In this document: positions 23,801-35,741 of the stretch, one piece after another
How the letters are laid out: each line of letters starts with the position of its first letter
Position numbering within the stretch: the first letter of the stretch is position 1
Translations under genes and position numbers: made by a program
The notes under the pieces: generated by a model
The model's input: the letters and a program-made list of their open reading frames with translations, nothing else
Databases searched by the model: none
Told to the model about the DNA's origin: nothing
Source of the DNA: Antedon mediterranea
Lineage: Eukaryota; Animalia; Echinodermata
Length of the DNA: 64,000 nt
Direction of reading: 5' to 3'
NCBI RefSeq assembly: GCF_964355755.1
Contig: NC_092677.1
Coordinates: 11,244,101-11,308,100 of the forward strand

Positions 23801-26519
23801 CGACTGCTGTAGTTGTACCAGTGTACTACTAAGAAAAGTGCGTTATACATTTATTTTTTGAAGTATAAAACTCACAGACTGACTGGTGCTCAAAAGATAT
23901 AACATCACTTTCTGTACTCCTCAGAGCATGAACAATATCAACTTCTTTTGATGCCATCCATGAACTCAGTGTTTGCCCAGCCTTTATATGAAATAACAAT
24001 AACTGCATTTAGTATATAGCAAATTTTTATATTTTAGTTTGTAAGAGATAATATGAATAAAAAAAAACATTAGCGAGACCAACCTGCATTTCTTCTTCTG
24101 AAGAAGCTGTCCGAGAAGGACAGTGAAATTGCCAAGCAGGTTAGTATCGTTAACTTTTGGTTCTTTCGAAAATAATTAATAATGACTATCCAAAACCAGA
24201 GGTTTTTATCATATGAGATAATATTGTATGCACTTTTTATTTTATTTCAACTACATCCAACAGCGAAAAAATCTCCAATTATAGGATGCCTTAAACATAT
24301 TTTGATATAAATATTTACGTTAAAACACAGAAAAATATGTAACATACAAAATGGTAAACGTAGCTGTAAAAACTTTAGATTAAAAAATTGACAAACTGTA
24401 AAAAAAACAATATTGAATCGTTTCTTAGCATATGCGCTTAAGAAACACCATATCCAAAGAAATGACAGATAAAACAAAAAGAAATGAATGAGAAATGAAA
24501 ATAAAGATAACTAGTGGGGTTTAAGTCGAGATTAAAGGGAGAGAGAGAGAGAGAGGTTCATCGGAAGTTGGTTCCAGGGCTTCTAGCAAAAATCAGTCGG
24601 TATTCAGAAGACAATTTAGAGTTTGTTAGAGAAAAAAGCATTAAAATTAAAACTTACAATATTACCGTCGGCAGAAAGAAACAGGATCTCCGTAGTTGAT
24701 GCCGCAGTTGACGGTAACGGCTCGCTGGTAGTTTTAATGGATGTTGTCGGTGTCGCCGTTGTCGGGTTTGCTGTTGTTGATGTCGCCGTTGTCGGGTTTG
24801 CTGTTGTTGATGTCGCCGTTGTCAGGTTTGCTGTTGTTGATGTCGCCGTTGTCGGGTTTGCTGTTGTTGATGTCGCCGTTGTCAGGTTTGCTGTTGTTGA
24901 TGTCGCCGTTGTCGGGTTTGCTGTTGTTGATGTCGCCGTTGTCGGGTTTGCTGTTGTTGATGTCGCCGTTGTCAGGTTTGCTGTTGTTGATGTCGCCGTT
25001 GTCGGGTTTGCTGTTGTTGCTACTACAAACACAACAATATAATACTATGTAGAGGTGATTCTAAAGCTTTGTCAACACTAGTTTGACAAAATAGTGTTAT
25101 GTGCCCAAATATGGTATTGATATGACATCATCGTGTTCCATATATGGACACATCACATTAAACATAAATGTGTAGACAGAGCTTTAGACAACATAGGCTA
25201 CACGACGATGTTCTAATAATACTGAAAACAAACTTATCGTAGAGTTGATTTTTTTAAAGTTTCCTAGTAGTAAAGTAAAATATAAAAAAAATATTACCTT
25301 TACATCCAATAACTTCAAATCGTAAACTGACATGGCCACTCCACCCCGTTGGATTGATACGGATGAAGCGAGCCAAGACAGACTGATAAAATGTGTTTGT
25401 TACCTGGGTATTACTATCCGAATTTCCTGGAAAAGCCTAAAAGATCGTCACCAGTACTTTATGAACAATTACAGAAAACTATATACAAATACAGGTAATT
25501 CATATCGCCATTTGCCTAAATAATTAGCCTACGTACCGCTTCTGATCCAAACTCATCCACTATATTTTGCAACGGTAAACTGATATCAGTCGTGTAAAGA
25601 ACTTTGTATGACGTCACGTAAAAAGACGCATGACTTCTTCCTTGTGTTATTACTCCAGTTACTTTGTTGATTTCTAGAAGATCAGCTTGTATCCATTGGT
25701 TATTGTCTTGAGCACCTGCAGTCCAACCTCCTCTTCCCCCACCATCATGTTGCATATTAAGACGTCCACGATCGGCTCTACGTTCGTAATTGTATTCACT
25801 AGAAGCCGTCAGCTCTGCAGTTCCCTGTTCAACGCCAAGAGCTTCGGGCGCTGTACATGACTCCGTTGCCGCTGCAAGACAAAGATGATAATGATTGGAA
25901 TTTTTTTTCAGTAACATAAGCCTATTCATATAGCGTCGTTCGATGAGGTAAAAGTTTTTTGTTTTTTTTGACAACCTAAAAACTACGCCCGACGCTATCT
26001 CAAGACGACTTGTCTCGTCGGGATGATTCAAGGCAACTCAGACGGTATTGTACGACGAGGCTCGACGAAATGTCTTGACTTGTCGTGCTGTTGAATCCCT
26101 ACGAGACTAGTCCTCTTGAGACAGCGTCGTGCGTAGTTTTTAGGTCGTCGGTAGAACAATCAACATTTTTTTTCTTCCGACGAGACGATTGGTCGCTGTC
26201 TGAGTTTTGGAAAATTATAGACCTTGTAACAAACATTGAATAATTTACGTTTAGACAGAACGGACACTATTACTGCAAAGGGGACGAAGACAAACATTTC
26301 CAACCGTTGTTCATCTTTACAAATCCGAAATTCTTTTTATAAAAGAAAGCAACACATTTATGTCATATACTTTTTAATGTATAACGTTTTAATGATCAGC
26401 TGGTTGGAAGAAAACAAAAGATAAGGAAGAATAAGCCACAAGGAGACAAAATCGTTCTTACCGAACACACTCACGGACAACACGATACCAGACAACACGA
26501 TACCAATCAACAGGTTCAT
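17837..26519 (-). CDS. Adhesion GPCR: signal peptide, F5/8 type C (discoidin) domain, Thr-rich mucin stalk, GAIN/GPS, secretin-like 7TM
   Basis: Signal exon MNLLIGIVLSGIVLSVSVF (26519-26462). Discoidin motifs WIQADL...VTGVITQGR...YVTSYKV and TFEVIGC. GPS CVFY...WSTRGC...HCFCSHMTSFAVLMQ (~21430-21920). TM exons include KIHVNL, LHYLIFCMFMWMLAEA, CWL, LLPILGVTWVLG and FNILNSLQGVFVF. Stop TGA at 17837-17839. Phasing of exons at 22.9-24.2 kb is uncertain. Confidence 0.88.
22567..22784. repeat. ~93-bp tandem duplication (about 2.3 copies), intronic
   Basis: gtccgttagccacta...cgttcaaaatagattatatcaaagtattaacgttttacttacgtcgtgtgatc is repeated. Confidence 0.85.
24750..25020 (-). repeat. Coding 30-bp minisatellite (about 9 x TTANPTTATS / TTANLTTATS) forming the aGPCR mucin stalk
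   Basis: tgtcgccgttgtc(g/a)ggtttgctgttgttga repeated in tandem, in frame inside a spliceable exon. Confidence 0.92.
25970..26150. mobile_element. Palindromic MITE; relative of the element split by the LINE at 7595-7683 and 9905-9925
   Basis: aaaaactacgcccgacgctatctcaaga... is inverted as ...tcttgagacagcgtcgtgcgtagttttt. Its reverse complement aligns with 7597-7680. Confidence 0.7.
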
Positions 26520-27639
26520 GTTGTTTTATAAACACGTCCAGAAGGTAAACTAACAATGATATAAAAAATATCTATTAGAATTAGAAATCGAACAAATTAT
26601 GTGAACCGGTAAATATCGAGAAATAATCCGTTGCAAATAATCTACAAAAATAGCCGTTGACCTACTGTACTGCGCGGGTTATGAATACTCTGCATATTCA
26701 TAATGATTAGGCCTATCCCATTTTTTTGTCTTATGTGAGATCGTCCCACTTTTATTTCCATCACCATCATCAAAATTTTTAATATAAATACTGTATAGTA
26801 ATTTATGCATATTTGTTTTAACATTTTATTTTTGTTATGTGTATATCATAAATGATTATTGTCGTTTATAGTCTTTTCCATTATCATTATTTACCATAAT
26901 TCTCTCTTATCTTTTAATGTATGATTACCCACTTTTCTATCGGGGCCATGAATATTTTTTTCACAATGGAAATTAACATATGTTTTTAAATCTATTAATA
27001 AAGACCTCGTTGCATGACTGTTGTTGCATGGATACAACAATTTATTATCATTATTGGGCTTTATTATTAAAATACCGAAATGATAAATGAAAGGATTAGT
27101 TTATACGAGGGTGGTATCATTTAATGATAAACGGTTTACATTCAAATAATAGTTTTTTGGGGGTTTTTGTTCTAGTAAATGTCTTTTGAGGCCAGTTCGA
27201 ATTTTTGTTATCATCTACTCTTCTGTTTAATTTATCGAAAACTTTAAAATGTGAAGCCCATACAAATTTACGAACTACGGATGTTCTCTAGAAATTTATG
27301 TTATTTCTTATGACCATTACACAAAACGCGGAGCTTACGGGCGGTTTCCGCTCAGGAGGATAGATACATAGGCCTATTCTTTGTGCGACAAGCTACGCGT
27401 TTTTCCGCTTACAGTTACCGCTCGTCCTTGTAAATTGGCCTTTACCAGTTAATACTACTGTATTCCCTTACACTATTCTCTCATTCACTGTGCATTGTCG
27501 AGGTGGTTGGAGAGTCCTTTCCACTGTCCGTTCGTAAAGAAATAAAGTGAAAAGGTCTTTACATGGAGAAATAAGTTATTTCTTCATGATTTGAATAACG
27601 TTAAACGTATTTATTGAAATATATTATAAAAGACACTTT

Positions 27640-27840
27640 CACTGATGAAGCCCGAAGCTAATTTTTCTGGTTGTTTTACTTTATCGCTTTGTTTCAGATT
27701 TTTGCTTATTTCATTTTGTATCTCTATTGAGATTCAGCCACTGATACCCACATCATGGTCATTTTTTCGTTGCTTATTTTATTTTGTATCTCTATTGAGA
27801 TTCAGCCAGTGATGATTCCCACACCATTTTCATTTTCAGC
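27640..27840 (+). mobile_element. Degenerate Penelope-like terminal-repeat remnant (relative of 39215-39360)
   Basis: cactgatgaagcccgaa...gctaatttttctggttgttttactttatcg...ttgagattcagccactgataccc matches the reverse complement of 39230-39355, with hammerhead stem II deleted. Confidence 0.6.
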
Positions 27841-28949
27841 AATTTGCCTTTGGATTTATATTTAAGACAGATAGACATATTGCATTAAAACACCTTTTGG
27901 TCTATGCTTGTGTGTCCAAGGTATGCCTAATATACCAATATGTTCAATAACTGTCTTTACCGCATACACGTTATGCCTACTTATTTTGATCGATTTCTCT
28001 TTCCGTTATAATTAATATTTATTTGCAATAAAAACTAACTAGAGTTAGGGTTAAAAACAAATAAAATATATTTTTAAATAAATATGAAGCATACTTACAT
28101 TTTGTAATCCCAGTGATGTTTTTAAATAGATAGGCTTAATGTGAACTTGGTTGTAAACTCGACAAGAGCACGTCATGCACTTATATCACAGTTCCTCCAA
28201 TCATCGCACAACACGTGTAGGTTTGTTATTGGAAGAGAATTGCTATTCAATAATAATGTATAAACAGAGAATAAATTACATTCTTCAAATTTAATTTTTT
28301 TTTAAAATATACATTATAGGATACGGTTTCCATCGGTCTTATAAAAAAAAAAACAAGATTTAAATTGCAGAAATTTTTGAGTAAGGCCTATACCGAAAAA
28401 TGCACCAAATGTGAAATTAAGTACAATACAATTGTCTATTGTAAACATTTCATTCGATGACACTATTATAATTCTGTTCATCTCTGTGGTGGTTTATATA
28501 ACTTAGTTTACTATAGAATAGAAACTGTTTTATACTCTTTATTACGATTATATATTGTTTATACACGGAGTATTTATAGGTTGATGAGACTATTTTATGA
28601 TTATAAAATATACTGTCAGATAATCGATCTATTGGATCGTTTTCGTTTTTACACCGCATTGTGATAATTGCTCTTTATTATTTTTCTGTATAGAAAAGAA
28701 AGATTAACAATACAACATACGTGTTTATAAGGGTTTAAACCACTGCTATATTCAAAACATTTTAGCAGGTCATCACAATAGTTTACCATTACAAAGCGCT
28801 TTGTAATTCCAACTCACGTCGCACGATAAAAACGTACTAAAAAAAGTACTAATAAATCTATAATATGTTGTGCCTTAGCTAGTTAGATAGACTTGTGCCC
28901 CAAGTCTGTCGTTATTTCGAGGCTTTTCGATGTTTACAAGCTCAAGTAG

Positions 28950-29035
28950 TACACGTATGAAACGCCAAGTGTGCCAAAATATTTATCTTTTAACTAATAA
29001 TTAAGTCAAAACTCCGTCGGGAACCCAGACTATAG
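28950..29035. repeat. Dispersed repeat family (cgtatgaaacgccatgtgtg...aactccgtc...cccagacta). Copies at ~10925, 23300-23375, 52509-52588
   Basis: Visible sequence identity among four copies in both orientations. Confidence 0.65.
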
Positions 29036-30628
29036 GTTAGATTGTGCGTCATATTACAATACTCGTTGCTGTATTCACTCAATAAGCCATTAAAATATAT
29101 ATAAACATTGTCACTGAAACGAAGTGAAAAGTGTACCTTTGGCCTATAAATTGTTAATAAAAACACATATTAAGGAAAAAATTACTGACGTTTCACCCGA
29201 TTCCCAGATTTGGGTGTACCTCCACATTATTTCCGAACTATTAGGAATATTTGGTAATACACAGCATCTCATTTATGGTGCCTGTATCATGTAAGGTTAG
29301 GTTAAGCGTTAGGTTACTACTCTAGCATGGAGGTATAAAATATATATATTTTTTTAATTGTATACCTCCATGCTACTAGATACATGTGAAACACATGATT
29401 TTGTATTAACAAATATGATACTTCGGAAATTGATACAGAGTACCGAGAATAGGCTGGACGTGAGCAGTATACAACAACTCGATTCTGCAGCTGTCATGAG
29501 ATAGATTCTAATTGACTATCGACAGTCACTTGTGATTATGTATTACGGAATTTTGCATAATACTGGGGAAATATTATGATGTAGATGTGATGAGAGGACT
29601 GATGATGTCAATGTGTCTGTAAGCCATGCTATTTGATTTGAGTGACTGATACAATGTACTGTACTATTATACATATCGGCTGTGTTGTTCTATCTTTCAC
29701 TGAAGATAAAAAATAATATGAGAAATGATACTTTTTACGTGACGTTAATCAAATGAACAGAAACCTATAATTAGAAATAATTATGTAATGGAGTCTTTGA
29801 TTATGCACTGTTATATTGTAATCATGTGTCAAGTTTGTCATTATTGTAATTGAAGAAGATATCTTGCATAGCAACGTTTTTAAGTTGTTGTAAAGAACTA
29901 AAATAAATTTCCAATATTTAAAATTATTAGGTGTAAATTACCATTGTGATATTAATGAAATAGATTGTAGGGTTTCGATATAATATGATTAGATAGAATA
30001 AATCGATACATGCTGATGTTTACATCAACCTTATAAATATTATGTGTCCTTGGTTGTTTCACGCCAACGGGTTTATTTTACAATAATGAGTATCAACTTT
30101 AAAGATACTTTCCTTCTGGAACTATAGTCTAAAGCTTTGTCTACACTATAAAACTACTTTGACAATAAAGATGTGATGTGCCCAAATATGGTAGTGATAT
30201 GCCCAAATATAGTAGTGGTATGCCCAAATATAGTAGTGATATATCATACATATCGTCATATCCATTATGTGGGCACATCACATTTTGTTGTCACATAAAG
30301 TTTGATAGTGTAGATGAAGCTTAATAGGCCATTTTAATGTGACATAAAAGGTCTTTACTTTGACCAAAAATTGGATCGGAAAGAAAATATTTATTTTATG
30401 AAAATGTGAATTTAAAAAAAAACCGGAAGCAAATTTTCTGTTATTTTCTACAAAATGGCCCATTTAAAGTTTTATTTTATACATTTTTAATTATTATATT
30501 GTACATAATGTAAATGGATGAAGAGATACAAAAATGTCCAAATATATACGTTTTTCGTTTAAAATAGAAAGATACCTAAGATCAAAGGCTCACGAATTTC
30601 AAAAGACAAATGTTTTATATCTCGTATT

Positions 30629-32777
30629 CTACGCAACTCTGTGATCCAATGATTCTTCGTATGTAGGCGGTACACTTGATGTATCTGATGGTGGTGCAAT
30701 CACATTAGGTGCCGTGTAAGGAGGGGGTGGTTCTCCTGTATATGGTACAGTCTCCTCAATCGACATGTGATCACCAACACACGGATCATCGCCCGACGAT
30801 AGTGGAGGATCTATCACATCACGACGTCTTCTATCCTCTTCACTGCCTTGTCTATGAAAGCTACTATAAGTCCCATTTAACTGGGATTGTTCGCCTGTTG
30901 TTAAAGGCGGCGGTATTATATCGCTATTATAAGGAAAATTATGAAACTGTGATGGCGATTCCGGTGGTGCTGTATCTGAAATTTCTGAATATGCTGGACA
31001 TGGATCGACTGTCATTATTGTGGGCATGTCCACATAATTGGGTGTCTGTGCAAATTGAGGTTCTTGTCGCACTGTTTGCGTCCGATTCGGGTAGCGATGG
31101 TGTCTTTTAATCCCACAAAACAACATTAGGACAGACAGGAGACCGAATGTTCCAAGTCCAATACTAGTTAATCCAACACTTGTGTTATCTTTATTATGTA
31201 TAAAAAAAGAGAAGCTTAGTTGAGTAATCACATTTTGACATACATCAAAGCTTATTATTTTAGGATAAAAATGAAAACAAAAATTATTTGTTATGTATAC
31301 TACAGTACAGGATCCCTGTAGTAAGGAGACACTTAGATAGGGGTTCCTGTTTACGCAGGGAACACCGATATGGTTTCCCATAAATACGGGGTGTCAGATG
31401 GAAGGGATTCTGCTGTCATTTTCTTTTCAAATGTTTTCTTTCTTTTTCATATTTAGGCCTATATTTTTTTTTGTGTAAAAACAATCAATGTTGTTTGAAC
31501 GAGTTTTACTCACCAGTCTCGTGAATAAATAAAGTGTATTTATATATATATATATATATATATAAATAAAATAAATAAATAAATAAAATAACAGCAGAAA
31601 ACTTGGTTACATATATATATATATCAGTGACGTTGGTAAATATGTTCAAGAAACTTACCACCATCTTCCTCACCCTCACCCTCACCGGTATTACATCTTA
31701 CTCCAACTTCACGATGATATGAACAAGGTTGAATCGACGTCGTGGGAACAAACTTGCAGTCATCAAATGCCATGCCTGTAATACATTGAACGCTGTAGAA
31801 CAAAACCGGACTTTGTCCTTTTTCAAAATGGGCGCGTTTATACGTTTGAGATCCAGGTGCAAAGCCTAGTTTTACACATACCGCATCACTCTCTTCTGTC
31901 CACCAGTCTGTATCGCATATCGTCCCCCAATCGCCGTCGTCCACGCGTATTTCAACACGGCCCTCAAATTTACTTTCTGAATTTCCTTGCATTAACCTCA
32001 ATTCATAGACAGCATTACCTATACAAGATTGATGACATGTTCTCATATTAATAATATATCTGTAATATCTAACGTTTGTAAAGTAAATATAAATAGTAAA
32101 CATTAGACTATACTCTTGATAACCAAAAAGAAACCTAAACCCACACCCCCACCCCAGTTTAAATCCTCCTAGATACTAACTATTCCGGTTTTGATGTGTC
32201 CTATTAAAAAGATTGACTGTAGGGAATAATCTCTCAAATAGAATGTACACGTCTTTAGTTATACGTTTCTAATATCAGTTTCCTAAAGATCATTGTTTAT
32301 AGGAAAAGGACCCATAAAATATATGGCAAAACTCTAGGGGCAGGGCTGGGGCAAGGTGTCAAAATTTGTCAAACATATATTTAACACGCCCACGTACCTC
32401 TAGCTCCTTCGCAAGGCCCTGTTTGGAACAGGTTGTGTGTAGGAAAAGGACCCCATAAAATGCTACTCTCACTGAGAGTAAATTCAGAAGAATCTTAGAT
32501 TGGAGCAGCAAATTGTAAAACTCTTAATTGAGAATGATTTTCTCAAATCTACACTTAATCTAAAATGTCTGTACGGATATTTTAACGTGACGTGATGCTA
32601 CTAATATTAAGACTGACGTAATGGAAAAGAGTTAGATAGCAAAATAAAATAATTTGAGATAGACATTTCGTGACTAATAAAACTGGGCCCGGATGAAAGG
32701 AACTTACCACCAACGACCATCGACGTCAAACACGCTAAAAATACTATGACTTTGGTTCGTCCCTTTTTTGTTGTCAT
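30629..32777 (-). CDS. Single-SRCR-domain type I membrane protein with a long Pro-rich PY-motif tail (exons 32777-32708, 32018-31659, 31188-30629)
   Basis: Signal exon MTTKKGRTKVIVFLACLTSMVVG. SRCR LRLMQG...EGRVEI...WGTICD...VCVKLG...EVGVRC. TM VGLTSIGLGTFGLLSVLMLFCGI. Tail carries PPPPY, PPTY and YVDM. Both junctions are phase 1. Confidence 0.88.
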
Positions 32778-35101
32778 GTCAAATGTAGGCTTCTCTTGGC
32801 TCGTATATTATTGATACCTATAAATACTGTACGTGTTGGTTTTCGTAGTTCCTGACTTGCATAGTATATTAGTGTTTACTGAAGCCTGTACAAGAGTCAT
32901 TGTTGTTTTTATATTGTATTTCACCAGTGTCCCATTCTAGACGTTCCTTTCAATTTATCTATTGACTATATGTTTGGTAACTGTTATGTAATCCCAGACG
33001 ATACGTTTCAGTGATTTGCACATAGTGTATGTTTAATGATCGTCACATAAGAATTCTTTTGAGCTTTTCCTTTTAATGTGTGATCCAGTGGTCTAAATAT
33101 GCCTATTATTTAGAGTTAGACATACTTTATATTGTATATAGTCTACTGTCAACTTTGTGAATTATAATATCGTATCACTATAAAAGCAATCTTTGATAAA
33201 AGCCATACAATCCGTATATAGAGGGCGATGTAGTTAACTATATACAAAACAGAATATGAGTTATTGCTAGCGTTTATTAAGGTAGATAATTCATCAGCGG
33301 TCATCACTATTCCAGTGCCACCTTATGTGATATTAATTACTCATAAAAATTCTTTCGCTTTTTTAAGAAACAGCATATACTGTACCTCTTTTATTTTTTT
33401 TATAATCTATACAGTATTTCTAAATTTCAAAGATGGAGGCGCGATTTTACATCGGGCGTGTAATGCGCATTGGTCGATAGGGCAACAACAAATAATTATT
33501 CATTTTTAGTATAATCCATTGGTTTTTTTAGTAGAAAAATATAATATACTTCTCTCGCTTTCATCCGGCGTCCCCGGATGATAAAAACTACTGACCAATC
33601 AGAAACAACTTCCCAAATATGACCCAATCACGGCATCATAGGCACCGTCGTCGCGATGACACGTGGTGGTGTGAAATCTTGACAAATCGTGAGTGTAAAC
33701 ATTGACCTAGGCCTATATAATTTAATTAATTAATTAATCTTTGGTTTCCATTATGAGACCCAACAAAAACATCGCCAATATCTTATCTTGTAGGTCTCAG
33801 CCTCTTATTTAAAGAAATCACGAACCAGGCCGAGACACTTGTATATAGGGCTTTCCCTGGGAAAGAGCAGGAAGGCCTACAGTGGGAAAGAGCAGGAAGG
33901 CCTACAGTAGGCTAGATCTAAAACAAAATTTATCTTCTGTAGTTTGTTTATTTTATTCAATCGAAACCAACAGCAATAAATTACCCCCACTAACAGGTTT
34001 CATACAAACAATGCCACCATGTCCATACACTGGGCACGCTTTTTAAAAAAATTGATGTTTTTCAAATACACGTTTGAGTGAAAGTAGAAAAGAAAGTTCA
34101 ACGAATAAAAACAAATTCAAAGAGTATCAGATGGTTGATTTTTTTGTTTTCATCATTTATTTTGTTAATAATAGTACAGTATTTAAATACAGTGACTGGA
34201 CTGGACAAATTACACAATACATTGTGCATGAATTAATGTCCAATGGCTAGTAAATCCATGTAAAATGTAATAATTTTCATAACAGCTAAATTTAATATAA
34301 TTTTTATTATTCTTGACCAATCATTATTCTAAATTTGCAAGTTTTCACTTCATAAAATGTCACGTGTCAATTGTTTAAAAAAGGTTTGATAAAAGTTAAA
34401 TATCTCAAACCAGACATCATTGGTGACGTACAGATTTTTCAGAATACAAATAAAAAGAGTAAGTACCGTAACAATGTTGGAATGTTCACTGGCTAAGATT
34501 CAGAGGATTCATTTGTGTTTTTTTTTTAGTTACCGTATTGTAATGCTGTTGAGTGTTTTGATGTCAATTGTAAAACAAAGAAATCAACAAAAGATCTAAT
34601 CTCTGTATCTCAAATTAATCCATAACTTGCAGTTTTATTTACTATGCTTAGTGTAAAAAAAACCAGATAGTTATTTATTTGTTTAATCTGGAAGTTTCAT
34701 GTGGGCTTTACTGTACATGGTACAATGCAATCTGCACTTGGTACTTCTGTTGATTGAAATTCCTGTGTCTTGATCCTGAAAAGAAAATATGGAAAAATGA
34801 TGGTTATGTGTTGATGGAATGTACCATTATCTTACAGGGGTGGCTATTTTATTTCTTTATTCTGATATAAAATCAATAAGATAAAAACACAAAAAAGTAC
34901 GGAGACGGCAAACTTATTTCCATTGTGGTCCTAAAGTTTAATATATTTGAGTTGTATGTAGCTTGTAGGTTAATGTCGGTTTATCCAGGTAAGCTAGGCA
35001 CAGAATAGACTTACAACTGTGATTTCAAATTCAAAGCAATTTATTGTTGAGAGAATATTTATATAATGAATAATAAAATAGCAAATTTACCAAAATATTT
35101 G

Positions 35102-35741
35102 TTATCCTATGAAGTTCATAACCACAAGATGTAAAACAACGCTTGCGAAAATAAAATCTGCAAATGCTCTTTCAGATGATATTCCTTGAAATGTGGTTTT
35201 ATTTTGAGGGTTTACTTGTAGTCTGAAACAAACTATTAAAAAAAAGAAAAGATGAAATAGCATAAAGGATAAGAAAAAATGAAATTGTGCAGTATAGTAA
35301 ACAATGTAGGACTAGCCTAGTCTTTCTCTAGACTAGGCAGTAGCTAGGCCTAGACTAGGTTTAGCTAGAGAGAGGCCAAAAAGTAAACAACCTGCTTTTC
35401 ATTTTTTTAATTAAAAACTGGCCTCTTCAATTCAGGCATAATATTGGTAGTGTGGGTTCAAAATTAAAAACATTTAGCTTGGTGCTAATTAGCTAGTTAG
35501 CTTTCTAGCTAGGCCTGGTCCTAGGCTTACCTGCCAGTACAAACGACCCTACGCTTGAAATAAATCCCGACAAGAAAGAGTTGAATGGAAACGTTCCGAC
35601 AAGACAACAGTAGGCAAATTGGATGATTCCTGTTAACAGAATATAAGTTAAATATACATCAATAATTTTCAGTTTCTGCGATGTCTTTGTCATGTATTCA
35701 TTGTAAATTTTCTGCACTACTGTGGACAAGTTAGCCGACAT
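35102..35741 (-). CDS. DAD1: Oligosaccharyltransferase subunit DAD1/OST2 (exons 35741-35531 and ~35233-35102)
   Basis: [48 protein letters not shown] spliced to [12 protein letters not shown]...[26 protein letters not shown]. Confidence 0.97.

Noticed and set aside
24623-25052. Plus-strand Val/Ala-rich and Leu-rich repeat ORFs
   Set aside because: These are antisense readings of the aGPCR Thr-rich exon, and the splice signals support the minus strand.
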